Virus record (IMG/VR): IMGVR_UViG_3300028586_000757
DNA: 64,000 nt
Direction: 5' to 3' (one strand)
DNA from: an uncultured virus (IMG/VR IMGVR_UViG_3300028586_000757)
Taxonomy: Duplodnaviria > Heunggongvirae > Uroviricota > Caudoviricetes
In this document: positions 1-9,675 of the stretch, one piece after another
How positions within the stretch are numbered: position 1 is the first letter of the stretch
How the letters are laid out: every line of letters starts with the position of its first letter
The notes under the pieces: model-generated
Databases searched by the model: none
What the model saw: only the letters and a program-made list of their open reading frames with translations
What the model was told of the DNA's origin: nothing
Program-made: the position numbers and the translations under genes

Positions 1-1632
1 CTCGACAGTTACCAAGTCGGTGCCATGGTGCAGTCGTTCACTGACAGCTACTGGGATGGTGACTTCGATAACTACGAGGGACAACGGCCGAAGAACGTAC
101 GTACTATTGCGGTCTCGAGCGACACCTGCAATCGGAAGAAGTGCGCACATTATGCTGACTGTGCCTACTTCAAGGCGCGGGCCAAGATGGCCAACAGCCA
201 GATTGTTGTGGTCAACCATGACCTGCTGCTGCTGGACCTGTGGCTGGTAAAGGAAGGCATTGAGCCGACGCTCCCCGTTGCGAACTACATGGTGGTTTTC
301 GACGAAGCGCATCACCTGCCGGAAAAAGCCATCAAAGTAGGCTCTACTGAAGCGCCACTGACGTTGCTGCAACGCGCACTGCCGAAGCTGGCTGGCGTGC
401 AAAAGCTGCTCAAGTCCAATCCGATAATGCGCAGCATTGCTGGCTCAAAAGGCATCAAGGAAGCGGACTTCGACCGTATCACCGTGGGCAATGCCCTACG
501 TGAACTGGTCGACATGCTCTCTATGCTGGACGTCAACGAAGACAGCTATCAGAAGCGCTTTGCCAAAGGTGTGCTGCCTACGCCGCTGGTGGACGCCATT
601 GCTCGCGTTCGCGGTCCGTTGGTCGACATCGTCGGCAAGCTGTCGCAATTGGCCGAAGCACTGCGTGAATCGAGCGCAACGCTGGGCCCTGAAGCAACGG
701 AAAAAGCGACAGAGCTACTGCGTCGTTCGCTGGACGTGAAAGTGCCCGGCGAAGAGTCGATTAAATGCTTCCTGGCGCTTGTTGATACCAAGCGCTCGGC
801 GAAGTGGCTCTTCCGTAAAGAAGGCACGACTTCGCTGCATACGGCGCCGCTCGAAGCTTCCGACGTCCTGACGCCACTCCTGTGGCAAAACGAACGTGCA
901 AGTGCAGCTGTCATGGTTTCGGCTACCTTGCGGGACCTGGGCGGATACACGCGATTCTCTGGCCGGGTTGGTCTGCCAAAAACTGCTCGGTTCGAGACGC
1001 TGCCATACACGTTCCCGTACGCAAAGAGCAAGCTGGTGGTCGCGGCAATGGGGGCAACTCCAAAGCTGGCTGAACGCCGGCAGTTCTTGCCGGAGCTCGC
1101 CACCAAATTGCCACGTGCAATCAACCCAAAGGAAGCCACGCTCGTGTTGTTCCCCTCGTGGTCCATGCTGCGGGAGTTTGCTCCGAAGCTGAAGGACCGC
1201 TTCGGACACAACAATGTGCGCGTGCAAGGCGAAGATGGCCGTTCCATCAAGATGCTCGTGCGTGACCACTGTGAAGCGATTGACCGAGGCGACGGTGGCA
1301 TCCTTCTGGGGGTGCAAACCCTGGCCGAAGGCCTGGACCTGCCAGGTATCTACTGCACACATGTGGTAATTATCTCGCTTCCGTTCGCCGTGCCGACAGA
1401 CCCGGTCGAGCAGGAACTGTCGGAAATTCTGGGCAACCGGTATTTCTCGGAGCGCAGTCTGCCAGATGCGATGACCCGCCTGACTCAGATGGTCGGTCGC
1501 TTGCTGCGCCGCGAAAGCGACGTGGGCCGAGTCACTGTCTTCGACCGCCGACTGGCCTCGACCAGCTACGGTCGTCAGATGCTGGCCAGCCTGCCTCCGT
1601 TTGAAAAGGTCATCGAGCCAATGGCTGCCTGA
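1..1632 (+). CDS. dinG: ATP-dependent DNA helicase, DinG/XPD family (5'-truncated by window)
   Basis: Cys cluster CNRKKCAHYADC, VVVNHDLL, DEAHH (motif II), SATL (III), EGLDLPG (V), QMVGRLLRRESDVG (VI); frame open to window start. Confidence 0.9.
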   Translation, partial: LDSYQVGAMVQSFTDSYWDGDFDNYEGQRPKNVRTIAVSSDTCNRKKCAHYADCAYFKARAKMANSQIVVVNHDLLLLDLWLVKEGIEPTLPVANYMVVFDEAHHLPEKAIKVGSTEAPLTLLQRALPKLAGVQKLLKSNPIMRSIAGSKGIKEADFDRITVGNALRELVDMLSMLDVNEDSYQKRFAKGVLPTPLVDAIARVRGPLVDIVGKLSQLAEALRESSATLGPEATEKATELLRRSLDVKVPGEESIKCFLALVDTKRSAKWLFRKEGTTSLHTAPLEASDVLTPLLWQNERASAAVMVSATLRDLGGYTRFSGRVGLPKTARFETLPYTFPYAKSKLVVAAMGATPKLAERRQFLPELATKLPRAINPKEATLVLFPSWSMLREFAPKLKDRFGHNNVRVQGEDGRSIKMLVRDHCEAIDRGDGGILLGVQTLAEGLDLPGIYCTHVVIISLPFAVPTDPVEQELSEILGNRYFSERSLPDAMTRLTQMVGRLLRRESDVGRVTVFDRRLASTSYGRQMLASLPPFEKVIEPMAA

Positions 1633-1649
1633 ATTCCTCTGATTGACTA

Positions 1650-1683
1650 AAAAGGGCTGCAACGCACGCGTTGCAGCCCTTTT
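1650..1683. terminator. Bidirectional intrinsic terminator
   Basis: AAAAGGGCTGCAACGC-AC-GCGTTGCAGCCCTTTT inverted repeat between convergent genes. Confidence 0.85.
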
Positions 1684-1773
1684 CTTTTACGGATGACGTT
1701 GTCATCGTCGCGGGTGTTGTAAGGCATCGTTCGAAAAAGTGAGAGCGCCCGGGAGGGCGCTCTGAAGATATGA

Positions 1774-1983
1774 TTACGTCTTTCGCGGTACGATATTGGA
1801 GATGACACGGCCATTTCTGTCGACAACCTGGCCGAGCGTAAATTCTTGCTGATTCGCTTGCCCTTGCAAGTACTCTGCGGCTTCTTCGAAACTACCCTCG
1901 AATGCTTTCTCGAAAAATGCCGGCGCGCCCCCTTCTATAATCTTGACCCACAGCAAACGCAGGTCATGAAGTTGTAGGCCCAT
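1774..1983 (-). CDS. Small hypothetical protein
   Basis: TAGGAG RBS before ATG at 1983; hairpin at ~1745-1760 downstream. Confidence 0.6.
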   Translation of the reverse strand: MGLQLHDLRLLWVKIIEGGAPAFFEKAFEGSFEEAAEYLQGQANQQEFTLGQVVDRNGRVISNIVPRKT

Positions 1984-2261
1984 TCTTACGTCTCCTAAAA
2001 GCTTTTGTCCTACGTCGTATAGTGTACGACTTGTCATTTTTGTGAAATTTTTAGAAAAAACTCTCAAATTCTTTCATAAAGTCTCAGAAGTTTGGCATTT
2101 CTTGCGCTTCCGCTACGGGCACTTCGCCGAAATGGCCCCTCATTTTGCAAATAGAAGAAATGCTCTAAGGGAACTAACGCAAAAAGCACTGCGCACAAGG
2201 TTTAAGCCCTGGACGTAGTGCTTTTTAGTAGAGAGGCGCCATCGGTTGCTGGCGCAGGCGA

Positions 2262-3023
2262 TTACAGGCCCCAGGCCTTCGGCAGCTTTGCAATCATGCG
2301 TGCGTGGGCTTCATCGGTTCGCAGCCGGTTTTTCGGAGCCAGTTCGCGCATGTATTCAACAAGTTGTTCCGAACCAACCTCTGCCGGCGTGCTTTCTTGC
2401 GGCCGTTGCATCATAAGTTCGACCAGGTCATCAGCTTTGCAACGCTTGTCTCGAGCGGAGCCTCGAATCATTGAACTCTTCTCACAGTTCTCCCCGAGTT
2501 CATATCGCAGGTCCAGAACGCGCGCATCATCCAACTGCATCACCAGCCAGTTGATATCTTCCAGAGCACTCCAGCTAAGGTAGCTGGGATTCCGCGCTGT
2601 GGTAGCTTGGTGGCGAGCCGGATTGGCCAGAAGAAGCTCACGCAGAGCTTGCATAGGCAGTGCGACCACATCACCGGAGGGGAACCAAGACAGCAGCCAG
2701 GCGGTCTTACTGGTAAACATCCAGCCAGGTTTCAAGGTCGGCCGGTCAACAGAGACCAGCTCCAGTGCGATACGCCCGGTAGCGTATTTCTCAAACTTGT
2801 TCTCCGCTCGCACGTACATCCCCTGTCGTTTTGGCAGGTTTGGATACAGGAAGAAGTCGTTCCCGTTCTTCTGTTCTGTTTTTACCTTGGACACGTCTTG
2901 AACGTGGTGAGGGTAAAAAAGCAATTCAACCTTCGGTTCGCAGGATGCCTCGTCATCCAGACGGGCTTGAAACGGATGCAAACGAGAGGCGGCAGGGGTA
3001 GCGGTAGCGGTAGCGGTGGTCAT
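2262..3023 (-). CDS. Hypothetical protein, possible PD-(D/E)XK nuclease-like fold
   Basis: 253-aa ORF; QKNGNDF...ENK...TGRIALELVS...PGW pattern resembles phage-type restriction-endonuclease-like proteins. Confidence 0.5.
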   Translation of the reverse strand: MTTATATATPAASRLHPFQARLDDEASCEPKVELLFYPHHVQDVSKVKTEQKNGNDFFLYPNLPKRQGMYVRAENKFEKYATGRIALELVSVDRPTLKPGWMFTSKTAWLLSWFPSGDVVALPMQALRELLLANPARHQATTARNPSYLSWSALEDINWLVMQLDDARVLDLRYELGENCEKSSMIRGSARDKRCKADDLVELMMQRPQESTPAEVGSEQLVEYMRELAPKNRLRTDEAHARMIAKLPKAWGL

Positions 3024-3185
3024 GGCGACAGAGCGATGTTTTCAACGCAGCTGTCTAGGCAGAAGTTTTAGCTTTTGTAGCTAATTCGGCCCACTACACT
3101 CCCGCACGACCTCCTGTCTGGCTCAAAGAAAAACGCTCGTCCCGGAAGGAACGAGCGTATGAAGAGTGGAAGTTGCCGCCCGCGG

Positions 3186-4919
3186 TTACGGAGCGCCTAC
3201 TGCCTTATTGTCAAACTTCACGATTGATTGAATTCGCGAAGTCGTCTCAGTTACCTGCACCTCAACCGCATCGCCCTGCTGAGTGAGGACGAGCTCCTCG
3301 GAAACGTCTGAGGTCGCCGTGAAGATGCGCTTAGCGAGGTCGATGTCCGCCGCTGACTCAAGCACCAGGTAATAATTGGTTTGAGTACCTCGAGATTCCG
3401 AGCCGATGCGACGTACCGTAGCGTTAATCATCACCAACTTGGCAGCGGTGCCGATATCAGCTTGGGTCTTGTTCGCCGACAGATGCGCTTCGTAAAGTCG
3501 CAGCGTAGCGGCCAACGTCTCTGCCACCGCAACAACTTGATGGTTTTGCATCGAGACCATGCCGTAAGCCCGGGCAACGCCCTGGCTGTCCGTCAGGCCC
3601 ATGACGTAGGTGGGAATACCTTCGACCATGAACGGAAGCGGATTTGTAGCATGGTAGTGCTTCTATGGGTTGACGTTTTCCACGACAGAACTTGCGACGC
3701 TTTCGGTGACAGCCGCAATTTTGAAGTGGCGTGCCTGCTTCGTACGGCTATCGATGAGCACAAACCCAACCAGTCCTGCATCGGACGAGAAGGACGTTTC
3801 ACCTGCGAACCAGTAGGCATGACCTTCGCGGCTGTACACCAGGTCCAGGTCACCAGAGACACGCAGGCGGTCTTTACCCGAGAAGTTGAAGTAACCGTGC
3901 ACATACTGGCCGCGGTCGTTCAACTGCTCTGCTACGAATTGCTCCGGTTGGGCCCGGTCAATCCAGCTAGGCATATTTGCGATGCTGTATCGCTTTACAT
4001 CGCCTGTCTGAGCGTCGATGGTCGCGATGCCCGTGGCATTGGAGCCAGAAAATCCGACTTTGTGTTCATAGAGCGAGACGACATAGAACGGTTTGCCTTC
4101 ATCGTCGATTTCCGGCGTAAAGTCGGCCAAGCCCATGTCGGTCAAACCTGAGCGATAGGCATGGCGCCGAATGTTGTCGCCGAACGAGGCCGAGGTCAGG
4201 TAGCGCAGTGCAATCGGGTTTCCCTGCAGGGTTTGGACAAGCCGCACATCAGAGGGGTTCGTTGCCGATACCGTGACATACCCGGGAGTCGTATGGTTGA
4301 GGAACCACTTTACGATTCCATGGTGATGCAAGAACCCGACCCAGAGCAGACGGCCGTTGACGATTTGCTTCACCGGATGGCCCACATACACCTGAGAGCC
4401 CAACCCTGGGACATCGGCCAGACGTTTTTCCATCGCTCGCAGCGCCATGTCATACGACACCAAGGGAGCTTGCTCGATGTCGATGGGCGGTAACGTGGCA
4501 GAAAACTGTGCCTCCGTCTCTGGCCCCATCATCGCCGCGTAGCGCTCACTATGGAGCATCGGGGAGGTGGTAATGAACTGAACCGCCCAGAACAGCACCA
4601 GCAGTACCGGCACCACGAGCATCATTAAGCGCATCTGCCAGACTGCACTGAGCAACGCCAGCGTAATCAGGAGGATGACCCAGATGCCCGTAAAGTCCAG
4701 CGATACTACCGGCATGAAGTAGTAAACCAGGCCGAAGCTGATGATGCCAGTGCAGACCGTCGCGATAATGCGACTTTGCCGCAAAGCCGTGGGCATGGCT
4801 TCGGGTTTGGACCGGTGCGACGAAAACGCACGTTCTTCAAACTTGTAGGCTGCGGCGGAATGCACCACCACTACCAGCAAGCTAATCAACCACAATACTG
4901 CTAACAAAACTCCAAACAT
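3186..4919 (-). pseudogene. Membrane-anchored protein gene interrupted by one in-frame TAG (3663-3665)
   Basis: ORFs 3663-4919 and 3186-3629 are in the same frame; read-through gives ...ENVNP*KHYHATNPLPFMVEGIPTYVM...; N-terminal TM helices. Confidence 0.7.
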
Positions 4920-5036
4920 GGAAGTCCTTTCTAGGCGATATGCGCCAAATGTTGTCCTGCTATCGTCTAGCTACGCGAGGCCGCACTAAGTCGACTTGGC
5001 TAGACTGTTGAGGAACACGACTTAAAAGGAGGGGCG

Positions 5037-5687
5037 ATGCCCATTACCGTAGTATCAATGCAGGAAGCACACAAGCCGCCACGGGCAAACCAACGCATGG
5101 TGAACACTACCTCCCATGGCAAGGCTACAGCCCATCTGTTTTCCCCGTTTATGCTGGGGCCCATCCCGCTCTACGGAGGGCAGCAGGCACTCAACATGGA
5201 AAACGCCTGGCAGTACGCGAAGGTGTACGCGAGCTTGCTCGAGGCCGATGGTACACCCGGGGCTAAATATCAAGCCTGGGCTCGCGCTGGATGGAGCGAC
5301 CCTAAGGCAAACCGCTACCCGCTCGGCAAAGGCAAGCGGCCACTGTACTCGCTTTGGGATGGAGAAAAGCTTTCATACGTAGAAGCGCGTAAGCGCATCT
5401 ACTTCCCTCTGTACCGAGATGCTGTACTACGCTCCGGCGGCTACGACTGGCTCAAGGAGTTGGCTGGCCAGTGCGAGGAGCTCTTGCTGGTCGACTTCGA
5501 CGGCTATCGCCATCGTGACCTGGGTATGACATTGGCAGACGTGCTCAATAGTGAGCGGCACCGGATGGGGCATGCCTTTGTCCTGGCCGCCATGCTCGAA
5601 CATGGACCGGCCGTCACTCCGGAGATGGTCGAGAAAGCAAGTGGCAGTGTTGTTGCCACCGTGCCGGTACAAACCAGTCTTTTCTAA
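5037..5687 (+). CDS. DUF6939 / NADAR-like protein
   Basis: TTS...FSPF..GP.P...ENAWQYAKV...LSYVEARKRIYFPLY motifs; AAGGAGG RBS; terminator at ~5699-5725. Confidence 0.6.
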   Translation: MPITVVSMQEAHKPPRANQRMVNTTSHGKATAHLFSPFMLGPIPLYGGQQALNMENAWQYAKVYASLLEADGTPGAKYQAWARAGWSDPKANRYPLGKGKRPLYSLWDGEKLSYVEARKRIYFPLYRDAVLRSGGYDWLKELAGQCEELLLVDFDGYRHRDLGMTLADVLNSERHRMGHAFVLAAMLEHGPAVTPEMVEKASGSVVATVPVQTSLF

Positions 5688-5786
5688 GCGAGCTTATTCG
5701 CGCCACCTTCGGGTGGCGCTTTTGTTTGCTGAAGCTGCGCCCATGAAAAAAGTCCCGGCAGGCCGGGACTCGAATGAGAAGCTGGG

Positions 5787-6071
5787 TTAGAGCATGTCGG
5801 GATACCCGCCCTGGATGTTGAGGGTCAGGTTCTTCCATTCGGCGACATCGCCGTCCTTGAGGTGTGAGTTTTGTTCCCAGTACGAAACCTCTACAGCATC
5901 ACCTGGCTGGGTCAGGTCAAAGGCTTGCGAGGCATCTTTCTTCATGTACTGGGCTCCTGGGATGTCCAGCAAATACCGCGCTGGGTCTCCTTTAAGCATG
6001 AAGGACACACTGGCTTTCACATGGTTGATGGAAATTCTTTCAATTTGACCAGAAATGCTTTTTTGCGGCAT
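5787..6071 (-). CDS. Small hypothetical protein resembling the C-terminal domain of 3186-4919
   Basis: LTQPGDAVEV versus LTQQGDAVEV; AAAGGA RBS. Confidence 0.65.
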   Translation of the reverse strand: MPQKSISGQIERISINHVKASVSFMLKGDPARYLLDIPGAQYMKKDASQAFDLTQPGDAVEVSYWEQNSHLKDGDVAEWKNLTLNIQGGYPDML

Positions 6072-6097
6072 GAATTGTCCTTTGGCGTAGCGCCCAG

Positions 6098-6472
6098 TTA
6101 TTTGGGATAGTTAAAGCCTTCGGAAACCACGGCTATCCCAATTTTTCCAAGGAAGGTGAGTCCGCCCTCGTCAGGCCAGAGCGTGTCGAGAAGTTCTTGT
6201 ATTTGGCTAGGCAGCATGTTCCAGGTTTCGGCCGGGGTAGCATGCACGATGGTGGCCAGGGACTCTTGGGCGTAGTCCTGAAGCTGGACTGCAAGCGCGC
6301 CCGCAAGGCATACCAGAGCCATGCGCGTGTTGTCCGTCAGTTGAACACCGGTCGCGACAACCAAGGCGTGGCATGCAAGCCGTGCTTCGTCATAGGCAGG
6401 GTCAGCTGCCGCAAGGGTCTGCGCACGTCGGCCAAACTCCGCCAATGCTTGCTGGAAATCTTGTTGAGGCAT
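6098..6472 (-). CDS. Hypothetical protein
   Basis: GGAG RBS and upstream CTATAC-N5-AGGTCAC motif support the start at 6472. Confidence 0.65.
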   Translation of the reverse strand: MPQQDFQQALAEFGRRAQTLAAADPAYDEARLACHALVVATGVQLTDNTRMALVCLAGALAVQLQDYAQESLATIVHATPAETWNMLPSQIQELLDTLWPDEGGLTFLGKIGIAVVSEGFNYPK

Positions 6473-6637
6473 ATTGTCTCCAAAAAAGTGACCTCTAGTG
6501 TATAGCGTGTGACCAGGCATGTGCCAAATACGTCGCCGGCTTGCCTGTTGACAGCTCGCCAATACTCTTAAAATGTCGAAGGTATTGCCACTTTAGAGTT
6601 GCTATAGGCCGAGTTCAATAATTCGCGAGGCCAGCCC

Positions 6638-7072
6638 ATGAATAACCAGAAAGTCATCGATGTCACGACCATGGACGTCTTTGGTTACAGAATCTCTCGA
6701 TTCAAGCTTCAACTTCTCAATGCCGAGCACTCGGTGTCAATGTCTGAAGAGGCACCAGGCGTCTTGGTGACCGGATTCAATAGCGACGTTCCACTGTCCA
6801 TCGCAGTTGACTCTAATGAGAGCCCTGTACGGCTGAAGTTCGTGCACTACCCGAGTGGCGCCGCGGCTACCACTTCCGATGTCAAGCTAGCCTTTGGTGC
6901 GGGTGTCGATGCCGATGAGTACTGGCGTCTCGTTGCCCAGATTCAGGCGGTCGCCCGAACCTTCATCCCGGAGCTGAACATCTATGGCCCAGAACGGCGG
7001 GAATCCGGTAACCGAGCACTGGACATCCCGGTGCTCAACATTACGCGAGCACCATCGTTGTCCGCTGTCTAA
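6638..7072 (+). CDS. Hypothetical protein
   Basis: 144-aa ORF followed by hairpin AAGCGCCTC-CGGA-GAGGCGCTTT. Confidence 0.65.
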   Translation: MNNQKVIDVTTMDVFGYRISRFKLQLLNAEHSVSMSEEAPGVLVTGFNSDVPLSIAVDSNESPVRLKFVHYPSGAAATTSDVKLAFGAGVDADEYWRLVAQIQAVARTFIPELNIYGPERRESGNRALDIPVLNITRAPSLSAV

Positions 7073-7136
7073 ACGAAAGCGCCTCCGGAGAGGCGCTTTG
7101 TCATTGAGCTATCCGCACACGCGGGCAGCGCTCTGT

Positions 7137-7475
7137 TTATTGGTCCGGCTTGCCGAAGCGGTTCGGGCCCTTGTCTCCGGGCAGAAAGCCGCATTCGGCC
7201 AGGAGCCAGATTGGACCGGCAACAGGCACGGCGCCGACCAGCACATACCAGGCCTGCTTGTCTCGGTCATGCGTGCGACGGACAACCGCCGACAGTCCAA
7301 CCCAAATACCCGCAAGGCTGAGCAGGGCCAGCAACGCCTCAATTTCGACAGTTAGAAGGCCATTTCGCGCGATGACAGCGCCATAGGGGAGGAAGAGTGC
7401 GAACGCCGCGCCCTGGTGGTACCAGAACCGGGTGCGGGAGAGTCGGCCTTCAAAAGAAAAGAGCCAGTGCGACAT
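7137..7475 (-). CDS. DUF805 (YhaH/YhaI-like) inner membrane protein
   Basis: FSFEGRLSRTRFW, VRRTHD, W, PGDKGPNRFG signature; GGA RBS uncertain. Confidence 0.85.
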   Translation of the reverse strand: MSHWLFSFEGRLSRTRFWYHQGAAFALFLPYGAVIARNGLLTVEIEALLALLSLAGIWVGLSAVVRRTHDRDKQAWYVLVGAVPVAGPIWLLAECGFLPGDKGPNRFGKPDQ

Positions 7476-7616
7476 GATATGTGGAGGTCCGCAAAAGGTA
7501 GAAGTAAGTGTGCCGTATAGCGCCTTAGACTTTAGCCTTATTCCCAGTCTAAACGCCACATCGACGAGTTCTCGGTGCTATACCAAGTAGAACCAGAACC
7601 TATTTAGGAAAAATCA

Positions 7617-8054
7617 ATGAAACAACGTATTGTCAATTTGGGCATCGCTGCTGCTGCAGGTGCACTCGTCATCGCAGGCGGCCTGGTAGGCTGTTCGTCT
7701 CCTGAGGAGCAAGCTCGCGCAGAGGAACTGATGCGTAACCCAGAAATTGTCGTGGTCGGCACTTTCGATGGCTGCGAGGTGAAGTATGTCAACCGCTACC
7801 ATCGTGACAACAGCTTCTATCTTGCACGATGCGGCACCACCAGTGCGAGCACGCAGCAGTACGAGGAAACACAGGGTAAGTCTCGTGTGGCACGCACGCG
7901 ACTGACTATCACGCAAGAGTTGGCTCAACTCGACAAGCAGCGAGAAACGCTGAAAGTCGAACAAGCGGCCGCCGAGAAGCGCGAAGCAGCCATCGCCAAG
8001 CTATCGCCAGAAGAGCGCGCCGCGCTTGGGTTGGCCGATGACATCAAAAAGTAA
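7617..8054 (+). CDS. Putative lipoprotein with C-terminal coiled coil
   Basis: Signal peptide with LVGC lipobox; TAGGA RBS; terminator at ~8073-8102. Confidence 0.75.
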   Translation: MKQRIVNLGIAAAAGALVIAGGLVGCSSPEEQARAEELMRNPEIVVVGTFDGCEVKYVNRYHRDNSFYLARCGTTSASTQQYEETQGKSRVARTRLTITQELAQLDKQRETLKVEQAAAEKREAAIAKLSPEERAALGLADDIKK

Positions 8055-8188
8055 CCTCTCAAGTATCTTCTCAAAGACGCCCCGTGAAGGGCGTCTTTTT
8101 TTCACATGAATAGGGCACGGCTCAGCCCACTCCACAAAAGAAAAACCCCGCAAGAAGCGGGGTTTTGAATGTGAAACGTGAAACGGTG

Positions 8189-9466
8189 TTATGCCGGTTC
8201 GACTTGCTCGATGCCAGCCAGCTTCCAGCTGCCTTGCACGCCGACGTCTTTGACGAAATGGAACACTTCGTCGAACGACTCGGTCATGCCCGGGCCTTCT
8301 TGAACCATACCTTCGTAGCGTACCGAACCGATGTAGCGGCCTTCTTCCTTCGTCATGCCGACGATTTCCGAGTGCAGCGACAGCACTTCCGTTTGCGACG
8401 GAGTCGTGCGGTTGCGAATGGCGTCAGCCAGTCCGTTGTACACGTCGTCATCGCCGACACGGTTGCGCAGTTCGACCAGGTCGCCCTTGTTGTTCAGCAC
8501 TTGCAGTTCCTTGTAGAACTTCTGAGCAACTGCCGACAGGTCGTCAGCTTGACGGTCCAGCTCAGCTTGCTCGTTTTGAGCTGCCGATGGTTTTGCCAGG
8601 CTGGTTGCTGCCGGAGCCGAAGCTGCTGGGCCGTTGAACGACGACTTGAAGGCGTCACCAGCGGCTTTAGCAGCATTGCCGGTACGACGGGCATCTGCCT
8701 TGAAATCACCCTTCGTCATCACATAACGACGATAAGCGAAGTATGCGCCAGCGGCCAGCAGCACCAGAATCAGCAGCGAACCCAGACCGAAACCACCCGA
8801 CGACTGCTGCGGAGCTGCGGCGTAAGCCGGAGCGGCAGGAGCCGGTTGCTGGTAGACCGGAGCAGGAGCGGGAGCAGCCTGCTGGTACACCGGAGCCGGA
8901 GCTGGAGCCTGGTCAGCATAGGCAGGAGCCTGCTGCTGATACTGCGGAGCCGGTTGCTGGTACTGCGGAGCCGGTGCCGGAGCTTGCTGCGGATGGTTGT
9001 TGTTGCCAGAATTGGCCAGAGCATAGCCTGCCAGAGCACCTGCTGCCACGCCAGCTGCTGCCGGAGCAACCCAGCTATTACGCTTGGCTGGCGCCGGAGC
9101 CGCTTGGGAAGGCGACGCGGCGTAGCGGTTGCTCGGCGAGTAGCTTGGCGCCGGCGCGGCCGGCTGCGGCTGGCGGTAGCTCGGAGCATAGCTCGGTGCC
9201 GGTGCCTGACGCGGTTGGCTGCGAACGCTGTTCATGACCGTCGAGCGGGACATGCCCACCGACGAACCACTGCCCGCGCGCGACGAACTGGTCGAACGGG
9301 ACATACCCATCGACGAACCGCTGCCCAGTCGCGAGGAGCTTGCGCTCGGCTTGCTCGACGAGCTCGAAGAGCTGCCGATACGTGCTTGGGCTTCGCCCAC
9401 CATGTTCATGGTCATAGCGACCATGGTCAGGGCGACGATTGCGGTTTTGTGCATGGATTTGCGCAT
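8189..9466 (-). CDS. Tim44-like domain protein (signal peptide, Ser/Pro/Gln-rich linker, TM, C-terminal Tim44 domain)
   Basis: C-terminal SVRYEG...ESFDEVFHFVK...WKLAGIEQ; AAGGA RBS before ATG at 9466. Confidence 0.8.
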   Translation of the reverse strand: MRKSMHKTAIVALTMVAMTMNMVGEAQARIGSSSSSSSKPSASSSRLGSGSSMGMSRSTSSSRAGSGSSVGMSRSTVMNSVRSQPRQAPAPSYAPSYRQPQPAAPAPSYSPSNRYAASPSQAAPAPAKRNSWVAPAAAGVAAGALAGYALANSGNNNHPQQAPAPAPQYQQPAPQYQQQAPAYADQAPAPAPVYQQAAPAPAPVYQQPAPAAPAYAAAPQQSSGGFGLGSLLILVLLAAGAYFAYRRYVMTKGDFKADARRTGNAAKAAGDAFKSSFNGPAASAPAATSLAKPSAAQNEQAELDRQADDLSAVAQKFYKELQVLNNKGDLVELRNRVGDDDVYNGLADAIRNRTTPSQTEVLSLHSEIVGMTKEEGRYIGSVRYEGMVQEGPGMTESFDEVFHFVKDVGVQGSWKLAGIEQVEPA

Positions 9467-9675
9467 TGGATATTCCTTTCGAAAGGAGCTTTCGCTCAAA
9501 ATGGGTGATGCGTTGCCAAAAAGTCTAGTTAAAGGCTTTTGGCGGTACGCTTCGATAATTGACCTCTACCTCATATAGCAACTCATTTCTAAAAAGGCTG
9601 GCCTAAAGAAAAACCGCCTGCGCTTCCGGGTTGGAAGCTGCAGGCGGCAGAATGAGGCCAGGGCCTATGCGTTGA

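Noticed and set aside
1..1632. CasDinG of a type IV CRISPR system
   Set aside because: It looks like ordinary Fe-S DinG, is followed by a terminator, and no csf/cas genes are downstream. Upstream context is outside the window.
3663..3665. TAG reassignment (genetic code 15)
   Set aside because: Only one interrupted gene was seen, and TAG terminates 62139-63566 immediately before a terminator.
8780..9200. DNA repeat array inside the Tim44-like gene
   Set aside because: Explained by a coding Pro/Ala/Gln low-complexity linker (YQQPAPA repeats).
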